Source: an uncultured Thermoleophilia bacterium
GTDB taxonomy: Bacteria > Actinomycetota > Thermoleophilia > Gaiellales > Gaiellaceae
DNA: 64,000 nucleotides
Reading direction: 5' to 3'
Assembly: GCA_963722065.1 (NCBI GenBank)
Contig: CAVRMI010000007.1
Span: 1,163,389 to 1,227,388 of the forward strand
Below, piece by piece: positions 47,633-58,383 of this stretch. Each line of letters starts with the position of its first letter. Position 1 is the first letter of the stretch. Both the position numbers and the translations under genes were made by a program. A model generated the notes under the pieces. It made no database searches. It had not been told where the DNA came from and worked only from the letters and a program-made list of their open reading frames with translations.

Positions 47633-49210
47633 CGGGTGCTCAGGGACGCTCGTGCTTGCTTAATCGCAGGGGTACGGCTGCGAAGGAGGCGAGCCGGTCT
47701 CGGCACGGTGTAGCCGGGGGGGCCCCAGTCGCGCGGGAGCGAATGAACGACACCGGTGGACCGTTGACCGGACTGCCGGCTGGCCAGCACATATGTCCAG
47801 CAGGACAGCTGCGGATCAGCGAGGACAGGAGCGGCGTCGCCGTTCAGGCCATTGAGACCGCGGGTGTAGATAGGGGCTCCCGCGTATTGGTAATAGACGT
47901 TGTTCCTGATCGGCGGCGAGGCACCGAATGACTTGCCGTCGTACCAGCCTCCGCCTCCGCCAGAGACGATGAGGTTGCTCTGCACGGTGTTGCCGGTCAT
48001 CCTCTCACTCCGTCTCCTTGGTAGAAGAGTATCTTCTGATTGTTGGACGGCCCAGGTCGACGATGTTTGACGAGATCGTGTTGTTACTGCCGCCGTGAAT
48101 CGTGAAGGCGAAGTTGAAGACTCCAGCGGAGATGTTTTCGTGACGACTGCTCCGGAGACGCCGTCATCTAGGTAGATGCTTCTGGCCTGGGAGTGGGGGT
48201 GCCGCTGTCGCGAACAAAGTTGTTGCTGATGCGGATGTTCGTCGAGGTCGCGTTCGTGTCCTGGACGTAAATCGATCCGCAATCTCTGACCAGGAGGCAG
48301 GTCGAGAGAACGACGTTGTTGGCGATCCGTAGCGAATTCATGTCGCCGCCCGAGCCGGCATTGCCAGCGCCCCTGGAGACCGGACGCGGAGACGTTGTAG
48401 ACGGCGTTGTTCGTGACTGTCGTGTTCGGAATATTGCCTTCGTTGTAGAAGGCAGCCGCCACCGTAACCGGAGACGGGACTCGTGTCGTAACTGCCGTCG
48501 TGAACAATGTTGTTCGTGACCGTGTTGCTGTCTGCCATCGCGGTGGAAGCCGGGAACAGATCGCTGAGCTGCCCGCCGCCATGCAATCCGATTCCGACCC
48601 AGCGGAAATGCTGGAGCTGCAGACCGTCGATAGTCACGTGCGAGGCGCCGTCAATCGTGATCAACTCCTGGATGCCCGTGCTCGAACTGGTGGAGCCGCC
48701 GTCGAGGATCGCGCTGTCATAGCCGTCGGGTGGGTAGTACGACCAGGTTTGGCCGCTGTCGGCGGCCGTCAGATGGAGGCCGTAACTGATGCCGTTCTGC
48801 GCCACGGCGGGAAGCGCGTAGAGCCGCCACGGATGTACGCGATCTGGGGCCGCCGAGCCGCATCGTCGCTTGCGCTTTGGCTAGCGTCGCGAACGGTTTG
48901 AAATGCTTCCGTCCCCACTCATATCGCTGCCCGTCGGAGCTACGAAGATGCCAGCAGGGAGATTCACGGCCTGGCCGCGGCCTGCGCCCCGGGCCTGCCT
49001 CGCCCGGAGGCGCCGAGCCTGAGGCGGCCGGAGGGGCGCCCGCAGCGGTGGGGTTGCGGACGCGGGTGTTGGCGAAGGAGCTGAAGCCGGAGTTGGCGAG
49101 GGCGAGGGCGACGGCACCGGGCGCCGGAGCCACTCGGAAGTGGCTTGACCAACGAGGTTGGGCGGGCGAAGACGCGCGCCGACGCCCATCGAATTCCTGG
49201 CGATCACCAA
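47629..49210 (-). pseudogene. Frameshifted secreted right-handed parallel beta-helix repeat protein
   Basis: Pieces lie in three frames. They comprise the linker PSPSPTPASAPSPTPASATP, then AGIFVAPTGSDMSGDGS..KPFATLAKAQ, YALPAVAQNGISYGLHLTAADSG...ITIDGASHVTIDGLQL, and NTVTNNIVHDG / NTTVTNNAVYN repeats. Confidence 0.6.
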
Positions 49211-50123
49211 CGCCGTGATCGCCTTTCCTACGTCGGCCGAGGCGATGCGATACCTCTCGGCGGTCGCGCCGCGTATTCGTGTACACCCGCGAGTGACAGA
49301 CCCGCTCCGCGGACAGTCGCATCCAGCGGTAGCCGAACCGGAGCGCGCCTTGGCTTGACCAGTGTCCGTTGGAGACTCTCAGACTGTCGATTCTCGATCG
49401 CGCGCCCCATGATCGTCGGGGCCCGGCGCGGCAGCGGTGCAGACCTGTTGATCCCGGCGGCGCCGATCGTGACGGTCAGAGGAAGATCATCGTCGCAGTA
49501 GCGGCAAGAGGCAACGCGATCCGTTTCACACTTGCCTGGATCGACCCGCCCACCACTCCGGCACGATCCCTCATCCGAGCGAGAGGCCAGGCTCTCAGCG
49601 TCCGTTTACGGGAAAGGGCATCGAACGGTGGAAACCGCCCCAGTGATCGCCTCAATCGCCTCACTTCTTTTTCGATGCATCTCCAAGCGAGGTAGCGCCT
49701 CCCGACGAGAGAGGATCGGTCGATCAAAAGTACCAAGGCTCGGAGGTTCGGTTCTGTGTTCGCCCCCCCCTCCGAACGCCAGCTTCGGCGTAGCACACAC
49801 CTTCGATGAGAGATCGAGCGTGGTGCGGCGTCGTGATCGTCACTGTGCACGAGCCCATTCCTGAAGTGAATGTCGAGGGGTCGTGGAACAGGACCGCCGC
49901 ACGCCGGCTTCGCGCGCGCAGACCACGAACCGGGCCGCGGTTCCCCGGAGCGGCGCTCCGCTCCGCCGGTCGCACGCATCAATAACCCGCCTCCCATCGC
50001 CACGACAACGGCGCACCCCTGTCGGTCGCGCTAGCGTCCTGACCGCCGCGCCGGCTAGCACTGACTCTCAGCCGCGCAGTGTCCTCTCATGTGAGCGGCG
50101 ATTGGTCAGTCGGAGTTGCGCAC

Positions 50124-50134
50124 CGGCCTCCTGG
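50124..50134 (-). repeat. CCAGGAGGCCG motif in reverse orientation
   Basis: The + strand reads CGGCCTCCTGG. This is the first reverse-oriented copy in the window. Confidence 0.8.
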
Positions 50135-50211
50135 TTGGGGCAAAGGGACGTCCTCGGTTCGAGATGCTCGTCGACGCGACCAGGCCGGAGAGATGCCCCT
50201 CAGGTTGCCTC

Positions 50212-51201
50212 TCAGGTTTGTCTTCCCCGTCTCAGAAACCGACGCCCGGCAACACTCTGGGAACCTTGTGTCGCTCCAAACGCCAACTCGGCGTATCGCG
50301 CCCCTTGGTGAGGATCGAGGGCGTAGTCGGCGTAGATCAGAGTTGTGCGGTAGTCGGTGTGGCCTAGCCACTCCTGAACAGCGCGCAAAGGGGCGCCCGC
50401 CGCGGCCATCTGCGTCCCGAAGGTGTGGCGGAGGTCGTGGAAGCGGACCGGGCGAACGCCAGCTTCCAGCGCGCAGTCCACGAACCGTCTCCGCAGCTTC
50501 GATGGGTCGAGAACCGTGCCGCTCACTGGATTGGTGAAGACGAGGTCGAGCGCGTCGTGGTTCGTCGTGAGTTCGTAGTGCGTGCGGAGCTCCGCGACGA
50601 GCCGATCGGCGAGCGGGACGGCGCGGCTCGAGCGGCGTGATTTGGGTGTTCCGAATTCGCCGCGGGTGTAGTTGCGTCGGACGCGGATCACGCGGGTGTC
50701 CCAGTCGATGTCTTGCCAGCGGATCGCGACGACCTCACCTCGACGCATCCCGGTCATGACCGCCGTGAGGTAGACGAGGCGGTCGATACGGCCGAGTTCA
50801 GTTGGCGGCGCGGCAGCAAGGATCGCCTCGACCTCGGTCAGCGTGAGAAACCGGATGTCAGGGTTGCGAGGGTTGCGTGGTTTGTCGAGCAACTGCACCG
50901 GGTTGTGCTTGCACCAGCCACGCCTGAGCGCGTGGTTGAAGATCCCGTTCAGCAACACGAGGTGGTTGAGGATCGACTTCGGAGCGAGGCCTTCTTCTTG
51001 TTCCGCGCGGACGAACGCTTCCAGCATTTCCAGGTCGATCTCATCCAGCGGCGTGCTGCCGAAGAACGGGGCCAGGTGCCCCCGCAGGTAGCCCTCGTAG
51101 TCCGTCAGGGTGGACTTCTTGAGGCCGAGGGAGCGCTTGTGCTCGCGGTGGCGGGTGCCGGCGGTCGCGACGTCGAGCGGACGGTTAAGGTCGTCGTGCA
51201 T
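50212..51201 (-). CDS. Tyrosine recombinase / phage-type integrase
   Basis: Catalytic-domain motifs TGMRRGEVVAIRWQDID, HDLRHTFGTQM, LGHTDYRTTLIYADY, and a core-binding SAM-like region. ATG 51201 follows GGAGG. The N-terminus appears short. Confidence 0.85.
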   Translation of the reverse strand: MHDDLNRPLDVATAGTRHREHKRSLGLKKSTLTDYEGYLRGHLAPFFGSTPLDEIDLEMLEAFVRAEQEEGLAPKSILNHLVLLNGIFNHALRRGWCKHNPVQLLDKPRNPRNPDIRFLTLTEVEAILAAAPPTELGRIDRLVYLTAVMTGMRRGEVVAIRWQDIDWDTRVIRVRRNYTRGEFGTPKSRRSSRAVPLADRLVAELRTHYELTTNHDALDLVFTNPVSGTVLDPSKLRRRFVDCALEAGVRPVRFHDLRHTFGTQMAAAGAPLRAVQEWLGHTDYRTTLIYADYALDPHQGARYAELAFGATQGSQSVAGRRFLRRGRQT

Positions 51202-51314
51202 GGGAGGTCTGCCTCCTGTGCCACGGCCGGGGCTGTTCACGCAGCGCCCGGCCACTTTTTATAGGGACAAACGCATACTAGCGTTTTGGCTTAAACAGAC
51301 GGGTTGAGCGGGGG

Positions 51315-51380
51315 CGGCCTCCTGGCCGTTTGACCGAAGCCGGCCGCGGCCTCCTGGCCGTTGCCAACGGGGCCTCCTGG
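51315..51380 (-). repeat. Three direct copies of the CCAGGAGGCC(G) motif in reverse orientation, upstream of the integrase
   Basis: On the + strand, CGGCCTCCTGG lies at 51315 and 51347 and GGGCCTCCTGG at 51370, spaced ~22-32 nt apart. Confidence 0.85.
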
Positions 51381-51419
51381 CGGGCGCAAAGGCGTCGTTC
51401 CTCAGCGGTTTCTAGCGCG

Positions 51420-53291
51420 TTAACCGGCGGGGCCGCCACCCTCACCATGCGCGAACTGCGCGAAGGCAGCGGCGGCTGGCTTCGGATTGAGGTTTGAATC
51501 GAGCAGCCCCTGACCGTAGCCTGGGCGATCGAAATCGCAGAAGTAGAACGCGTACGAAACGTACTTGAAGTCCGTCATAAGCAACTGCAGCGATCTGAGT
51601 ACGTCGTCAGCCTGCGTCTGCAAGCCGGTGACTCCCGAATCCCAGCCCCACTCGGTAACCCAGATGTCGACGTTCTGGAGGCCTTCAGAGTCGAGGAAGT
51701 CGCGGATCTGGCCGATGTCGTCAAAGTTGCCATCCCAGGGCACGTGGAGATCTGGCGACTGGTTGTGGATCGAGTACGGGTGAATGGCGACGTGGTCGAT
51801 GGGCGCGCCGAACGCGATCAGTTGCTGGAGAAACGCCTTGCCGTTGATGTCGCCCGCGCCGGAGTAGAGCAGACCGGCGAGCCCGCCGACCGCGACCTCG
51901 GCGTTGGGGTTGCCAGAGAGGATCGCGGTACGACATGCGGTGTACCAGGTCAAATACTGGTTGACGTTCGGGACAGGTTTCCAAAAGTAGTGTTCGTTCT
52001 CCTCGTTCCCGCACTCCCACAAGTTGACCCTGCCCGCATACCTCGATGCCGCCGCGCGCAGGAAGGCAGCGTAGTCGCTGACCCAGCGTTGGAATGCGGT
52101 CGGGTCCTGTGGCACGTAGAGGTAGAAGTCATCCACCGATGTCGATACTCCGTTGGCCCACGAGGGTGAGCCGTACACCGTGAACTCCGGCTTGATCCCG
52201 GCAGCGACGAGCTTGTTTACCACGTCGTCGGTCGTACCCCAGTCGAATGTCCCCTTCGTCGCTTCGATGTTGTGCCAGAGAAGACTGTTCCTGGACACCG
52301 CGGGATGGAGGAGGTGCACGTCCGCGTCGATGACTGCCGAGTGGAAACTCGGGTCGTTGTAGAAGGTCAGGTCCGAGTGGACGCCGAGGACCGGCCCCGA
52401 GGCCGGGGCGGAGCTTGCCGAGGCGATGCGAGCGGTTGGCAGCGATGTAGCACTGGTCGAGCCGGCCGCGTTCGATGCTGTGACGGTCACGGTGACGGTC
52501 GAGTTGACGTCCTGCTGCGTCAACGTGTAGGTCGGGCTCGGACCGCTCGCGACCGCCACGCAGTTGACTCCCAAAGGGTCGCAGCGCGCCCAGGTGTAAG
52601 CGAAGTTCAGTCCGGCCCCGGTCCAACTCGACGTGGCCGTCAGGACTGAGCCCGATGTCAGCGGCCAGCCAGAGATGACCGGGGGCGCGGCGCTTGCCGG
52701 GACCATAAGAACCGGGGCGGCGCCGGGTTTCGGTGAGGGCGAGGCGCCGGGTTTCGGTGTTGGTGCGACCGGCGGATTCGCGCCAGGGGAAGACTTCGGC
52801 CCCGGCGAACCGTCAGAGCTTGTCGGAGTCGTCCGACCTGCAGGCACGCCCGGGGCGACGCGCGAGCTGGTCGCGCTCGACGCGTTGGCCCGACCAGCCG
52901 AGTTCGCCGCCGTGACGCGAACGTAGATCGTGTCACCGACATCGCGTGGCGCCAGCACGTATTGCACGCCGCGCGCCTTGCCGATCGCGCTGCAGCGGTG
53001 CACTCCGTGACATCGGAACCACTGGTACGAGAAGCGAAGCGGGCGTCTCCCTGACCAGGCGCCCCGTACTGCAGACAACGCTTGTCCGCTGACAACCTTG
53101 CCGCGTAGCTTTGGGCGGACGACCGTCCTCGGATGTTGCGCCGACCGTACGCCAACCGGCTGACCGTGATGTTTGCCAAGCGCAGTCTGGGCGCCTGCTG
53201 CTTCGCCTGTCGAGCTGACTACGGCGGCAAGAGCGATCAGGGCAAGACCCGCGCGCAGTTGCGAGGCGCGTACATGTGACACACAAGCTGA
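51420..53291 (-). CDS. Secreted glycoside hydrolase (TIM-barrel, GH5/GH39-like) with two Ig-like repeats and a Pro-rich linker
   Basis: GTG 53291, signal peptide LRAGLALIALAAVVSSTGEAAGA. Two repeats are present (SYQWFRC...YVRVTAANSAG and AYTWARC...VTVTASNAAG). The catalytic-type motifs are WECGNEENE and WVTEWGW. Confidence 0.7.
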   Translation of the reverse strand, partial: SACVSHVRASQLRAGLALIALAAVVSSTGEAAGAQTALGKHHGQPVGVRSAQHPRTVVRPKLRGKVVSGQALSAVRGAWSGRRPLRFSYQWFRCHGVHRCSAIGKARGVQYVLAPRDVGDTIYVRVTAANSAGRANASSATSSRVAPGVPAGRTTPTSSDGSPGPKSSPGANPPVAPTPKPGASPSPKPGAAPVLMVPASAAPPVISGWPLTSGSVLTATSSWTGAGLNFAYTWARCDPLGVNCVAVASGPSPTYTLTQQDVNSTVTVTVTASNAAGSTSATSLPTARIASASSAPASGPVLGVHSDLTFYNDPSFHSAVIDADVHLLHPAVSRNSLLWHNIEATKGTFDWGTTDDVVNKLVAAGIKPEFTVYGSPSWANGVSTSVDDFYLYVPQDPTAFQRWVSDYAAFLRAAASRYAGRVNLWECGNEENEHYFWKPVPNVNQYLTWYTACRTAILSGNPNAEVAVGGLAGLLYSGAGDINGKAFLQQLIAFGAPIDHVAIHPYSIHNQSPDLHVPWDGNFDDIGQIRDFLDSEGLQNVDIWVTEWGWDSGVTGLQTQADDVLRSLQLLMTDFKYVSYAFYFCDFDRPGYGQGLLDSNLNPKPAAAAFAQFAHGEGGGPAG

Positions 53292-53424
53292 GTCGGCGCA
53301 GCGGGCGGCCCGCCACACCCTCGTCCCAGGGATCCCGTGGCGGTGTGGCCCGATCCCGTCGCTTCGAGGTTGACGACCTGATATCAGTCGCGCCCTCGTC
53401 CTGCACCGTACCCTCGACCTGACA

Positions 53425-54920
53425 GTGATGGAAGACCAGGCCGAACTCGAACTCGCAGCCCAGTCCGAGCTTCTCCGAGAGACGCCTCGGGTCGCAGTCG
53501 GCTGGGCGAGTCTCACCGCGGTTATCTCCCAGGGGCTGCTTGCGCTCGTCTCGCTCTCCGTCGCGGCCGCGGTGTCGCCGAGCCAGTATGCGCTGTGGGG
53601 GCTGGGCGCCATTCTTTTCAACGCCCGCATCCTTGGGACACTCGGCCTCGAACAAGCTCTGATCTACTTCTCGCGGCAAGGTCGCGAGAAGGATTACCTC
53701 GACACCGCCTTTGTGGCGACTCTGGCGTTCGGCCTGGCGCTCGGCCTAGCGGGCTTCTTCTTCGCGCCTCTCATCTCCGGTTACTTCAAGCGCGGCTTCT
53801 CGGAGCAGGACGTCGTACTGGCCCTGCGGCTGATGAGCGTGACACTGCTCTTCGCGACACTCGAGAGCATTCCGGCAGCAATCCTCGAACGCCGTCTAGC
53901 CTTTCGGCGGCGTGCTGTTCCGGATGTCGGCAGCACTGTCTTCTATGCGGCGCTCGCCTTTCTCTTGCTCGCCGCGGGGGCCGGCATTTGGAGCTTGATC
54001 GTCGCGCGCACCCTGTACAGCGTTGTGCGGACGGTTGCTTTCTGGATCGCCGCCCCGGTCCACCCCAGATCCAAACCACAGTTTCACCTACAGATCTTGA
54101 AGGTGATGCTGAAGTACGGCGTCCTGCTCAACCTCGCAGGTCTCCTGGCGGTCATAACCCAGAACCTGGACACGGTCTCCGTGGCGCGAGTAGCTGGAGC
54201 GGCGCCCGCTGGCGCCTACGTGCTTGCGTTCACGATCGCGAGCTTCGTTCCAACATTCTTGAGCGGGTCGCTGATGAAGGTTTCATTCCCGCTTCTTGTA
54301 AATGCCAGCTCCGCACCAGAGCGGCTGCGCAGCGGTCTTTCTTCCGTCTTGCATGCGACCGCTCTTGTGATGTTTCCGACGACTGCCGGGCTCGTTTGGA
54401 TCGTGCCAGATTTGCTCGTCCGCGTCTTCGGTCCCGAGTGGCATGCGGTGGAGAACCTGCTGAAGATCCTGGCCTTCTACGGGCTGTTCCGCGTTCTGAC
54501 AGATGCCCTGTCGATTTTCCTGAACGCGACTGGTCGTCCCAGCGCTCCCCTGCTGACCCAGGGAATCGCGCTTGGCGTGGCGCTTGCCCTCCTTTGGCCG
54601 CTCTCGCGCATGGCGCTCCGGGCATCGCACTCGCCTTCACGCTCGGCCAGGGCGCGGCGTTTCTCGCGGCACTGTTCCTCGCCCGAGACGGCTGGTCGAC
54701 GGAGATGCTGCTGCAGCTTTCGCGGCCCCTCGCAGCCACCGCGCTCGCGACGGCCGGCTCGCTCGGCCTTGGCCTCTTAGCGGCCGACACAGCCGGCCCG
54801 TGGATCGCTGCAGCCGCCTTTCTCGTGCTCGTGCCGACCGCAACCTTTCTGATGGATTCGTGGACGCGAAGCCTGGTTCGCGACACTTTGCGGTCGCGGG
54901 CAGTTTCCTTGGCGCCCTGA
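53425..54920 (+). pseudogene. Wzx/MOP-type polysaccharide flippase with one frameshift near 54.60 kb
   Basis: About 12 TM segments. The main frame degenerates after ...GVALALLWPL into an Arg/Ser-rich tail, while another frame continues with hydrophobic APGIALAFTLGQGAAFLAALFL...AAAFLVLVPTATFLM to stop 54920. Confidence 0.7.
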
Positions 54921-54967
54921 AACCGGCTGCGATCTACGAGGCTAGGTCGGTCCCGCGGGGTGGGGGC

Positions 54968-56158
54968 TCACCGGAGCTCGGAGGTGCGCTCGGAGCGACT
55001 CTTGCCGAGCACGTCCATATAGACATCGTCCAGCGTGTGCGCGATCTTGTCCCACGTCAGCGACCGGGCGCGAGCAAGACTCGCCGCTCGCAGCGCGGAC
55101 CGCAACGGGCGATCCTCGGCCAGACGCGCAAGTGCCTCGGTGAGGGCCGCGTCGTCGCCCTTCGGGACGAGTACCCCTGCGTCACCGACGGCATCGCGGA
55201 GTCCCGGCACGTCCGTGACGACCACCGGAAGCCCGGAGGCCATCGCCTCGACGACCGATTGATTCCAAACTTCGTGCAACGAGGTGAGGACGAAGACGTC
55301 GGCCATCCGATAGATGTTTCCGAGTTGCTCCTGGGGCACGTGACCAAGCAGGCGCAACGACACGCCGGTCCCGCTGATGACTGATTCCAACTTGGCACTC
55401 AGAGGCCCATCTCCGGCCACCGTGAACTCCACTGCGAACCTCGTCCCGAGAGCAGCCACTGCTCTCGCGGCCGTGAGTGGATCCTTCTCCGCGGTCAGAC
55501 GCGATACGACCAGGACACGCAGTGGAACGGGCTCAGTCCGCGGGCGTGGATCGGGCGAGAAGATACGCGGGTCGTACCCGTTGGGCGCGAAATACGTCAA
55601 TCTCGCCGGGAAGCCCGATGCGGCAAGCTCCTCTGCCGTTTCCGCTGTCGAGACAATGCAGGCTCCCAGCTTTGATTGGGCGCGCCGGCCTGCGGCCGCT
55701 TCGACCCCACCGACCAGGCGCCTGCCCTGGTCGTGCGCGACCACTGGAATACCGTGGCGAGCGCACCAATACGCGACCCCGGCAAGCATGATCTGCGAAT
55801 TTCGCAAGCCGTAGAAGTGGACGAGATCGAACTCCTCGGGTTTCAGCGCACGCAACATGCCAACGCTGACCTGCCGACCAAAGCGCTTCTGGAGTCCCGT
55901 TCTGGCGGGAGGTTGCAAACAGCGGTGGAAATGAACATCGAACCCATTCACTCGGCGACCGCTGGGCCGCTGCGAAGTCAGCAGATGAACGGTTGGTCGA
56001 TGGCCGAGCCCTACCTGCGCCTCGGCGATATTTGGCAGGAAGTATCGAACCCCGTCACCGAAGTCTTCGTCGCGTTGACCGAAGAGGTCGAGTGTCATCG
56101 GCTGGACATGCGCGATGCGGAGCGATTCATCTCGACGCGCGCTCATCATCGGCGGCAC
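54968..56158 (-). CDS. Glycosyltransferase family 4
   Basis: LRIAHVQP...; the C-terminal domain has VFVLTSLHEVWNQSVVEAMASGLPVVVTDVPGLRDAV. Intact. Confidence 0.85.
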   Translation of the reverse strand: MPPMMSARRDESLRIAHVQPMTLDLFGQRDEDFGDGVRYFLPNIAEAQVGLGHRPTVHLLTSQRPSGRRVNGFDVHFHRCLQPPARTGLQKRFGRQVSVGMLRALKPEEFDLVHFYGLRNSQIMLAGVAYWCARHGIPVVAHDQGRRLVGGVEAAAGRRAQSKLGACIVSTAETAEELAASGFPARLTYFAPNGYDPRIFSPDPRPRTEPVPLRVLVVSRLTAEKDPLTAARAVAALGTRFAVEFTVAGDGPLSAKLESVISGTGVSLRLLGHVPQEQLGNIYRMADVFVLTSLHEVWNQSVVEAMASGLPVVVTDVPGLRDAVGDAGVLVPKGDDAALTEALARLAEDRPLRSALRAASLARARSLTWDKIAHTLDDVYMDVLGKSRSERTSELR

Positions 56159-57126
56159 AAGTCAGGCCCAGAGGGAACGCGACCGAACGCACGCTCGCAA
56201 CGACCAACGGGGTAGCCAAGCATCTTCGCAACGTCCCCGACCGCAACGATCGCGGGCGCGGCTCCCAGGGCTGCGAGTTGCGCAACTGGATTTGTCGAGA
56301 CGGGCCGGCGAGCGACGCGCCGGAGATGTCGTCCGAAGTGATAGATCGTTCCGGCAGCGAGGGTGACGCGAGACGCCCCGTTGTGGCGGCTGGCCACAAT
56401 CAGCCCGGTTCCCGCGATGTATGCGGCATAGCGCGCAGCGTGACGGCGGGGCCACAGCTGAGCGTGACCGTCGCCGCGGGCGTAGTTGAAGACTGCCGGA
56501 AGAAAGCACGCAACTCGGGCCGAGCGTGCCACGTCACCAGGGCGTCGGGCGCAAACGCGAATCGTGCGCCGGCTCGCCGCAAAGCAAGGTCGAAGACCAG
56601 GTCTTCGCAGTGTCTCAGCCACTCCGGGTACCCGCCCACGTTGTTCCAAGCGTCTTTCCGAAACGCAACAGAGCGACTGCTTGGCAGAAACGTCTCTGGA
56701 TCGACCTCGGGGAGTTGTGGCGTGATCACGGTGCTGAGGCTGCGCTCGAACCAGGTTGACCCACCAGCTAGGAAGAAGCCCGAGCTCACATCGATCCGCG
56801 GGTCGGCGTCGAGCGGAGCCACCAGTCGCTCCAACCAGGTTGGCTCGGCGATGGTCCCGGCGTCGGTCACGGCGATGACCGGGCCGAGCGCGTGCTCGAT
56901 CGCGATATTCCGACCCTGGGCGATCGTCGCCCCCGGCGCCGAGATGACTCTAAAGCGCGGGTCGGCTGCGCCGATCCGTTCGAGGCTCTCGAGCGTGCCG
57001 TCAGTCGAACCACCGTCGACGAACACGAATTCGTCCGGCTGTCTCGTCTGGTCGAACAGCGCAGACAGGAACTCGTCCAGGACGATGCTCGTTCCTCATC
57101 GTGACGACGAGGCTGACGGCGTTCAT
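56146..57126 (-). pseudogene. Glycosyltransferase family 2 with two frameshifts
   Basis: MNAVSLVVTMRNE is in one frame (the ATG overlaps the upstream TGA). SIVLDEFLSALFDQTRQPDEFVFVDGGSTDGT... is in a second frame (shift ~57.09 kb). FNYARGDGHAQLWPRRHAARY... is in a third frame (shift ~56.50 kb). Confidence 0.7.
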
Positions 57127-58355
57127 CGCGGGACCCCGGCTTGGTGCCCTGCCAGCAGGTCGGAGTAGACCGCGACGAGGCGGGCAACAGCGCTCTCCCA
57201 GCCGTATCGCTGCTCGGCCTGGCGTCGAGCCGCAACTCCGATTCGCTCACGCAAGGTGGGGTCTTGCACGACGGCGACGACGCGCTCGGCAAAGGAGCTG
57301 CCGTGTCAGCGATGAGGAGATCCGAACCGTCCTCCGCGTCCAACCCCTCGACGGCGAGGCTGGTCGCGACCACGGGACGCCCCATCCCCCACGCTTCGAG
57401 AATCTTCAGGCGCGTGCCGCTGCCGGCACGCAACGGCACGACCACGAGAGCCGCTTCATCGAGGAAGGGACGTGTGTCGACAACGTACCCCACCACGCGC
57501 ACGCCCGGTTGCCGCGCGAGCGCGGCAACCGACGGCGACGTCGGCGCGCCGCAGATCGTGAAGACGAAGTCTGGAATCTCACGTCGGACGACCGGCAAGA
57601 TCTCGGCGCAGAACCACTCGACGGCCTGCACGTTCGGCCTGTAGTCCATCTTCCCTATGAAGACGGCTCCTGGCGCGCGTTCACTCTCAGCGCGGCCGGT
57701 CGGGACGAAGCGTTCCAGGTTGACGCCGTTCGGTACAACCGCGGCATTCAGCCCCGGAAGCTCGCCGAGCAGCACACTTCGATCGACTTCCGAGACCGTG
57801 ACGACGCGATCCATCCTGAGGCATACGTCCAGTTCCTCCGATCGCCGCAACCTCTGCTCCCGCCGCGCGTACACACGATACGTCGCGCCTTTGAACCCGC
57901 GTGTGTCCTGCGCGAGCGTCTCGTTGAGTCGAAACTCGACGTTGTGTGCGTCGAGAACCCATACGGGCGAACCTCGCCGCGGCCGCCGGGGCGCGTACTG
58001 CGCTGTGTAGACGAACTCACACTGCACGACGTCGTAGTCGTGCATCGCAAAGTCGTGCGTTGAGCGCAGCCGCGAACGCGCGCGACGTGAATCGCGTCCC
58101 GTAGAGCGAGCGCCCCGAGCGAAGAGACCGGACGAGGGACGCAGACGTCCGTGGATGACACGGGATCGCCTCGACTTCGATCCCTGCGCGCCGCAGCTGC
58201 TCGGCTGCCGCGACCGACTCGGGCGTCTCATCGGAGAGCGTCAGCACATCGACCGTGCTTCGCGACGAGAGACCCTTGAGGAGCTCGTGCATCCTGATGC
58301 GGCCGCCGTCCACCGGCGGGAACGGGACGAACGGCGTCAGCATCAGGCACCGCAC
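57123..58355 (-). pseudogene. Glycosyltransferase family 4 with two frameshifts
   Basis: The N-terminus MRCLMLTPFVPFPPVDGGRIRMHELL is in one frame. The middle part DYDVVQCEF...GSGTRLKILEAWGMGRPVVATSLAVEGL is in a second frame. The tail SFAERVVAVVQDPTLRERIG...* is in a third. The shifts lie near 58.06 and 57.30 kb. Confidence 0.7.
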
Positions 58356-58383
58356 TTGGCGCTCCGCACGAGTTCGTCGCGAA

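Noticed and set aside
49476-50003. 175-aa ORF (- strand) in the non-coding stretch downstream of the integrase
   Set aside because: Arg-rich shadow-like translation with no SD and no motif recognised. It is kept only as part of the 'junk segment' finding.
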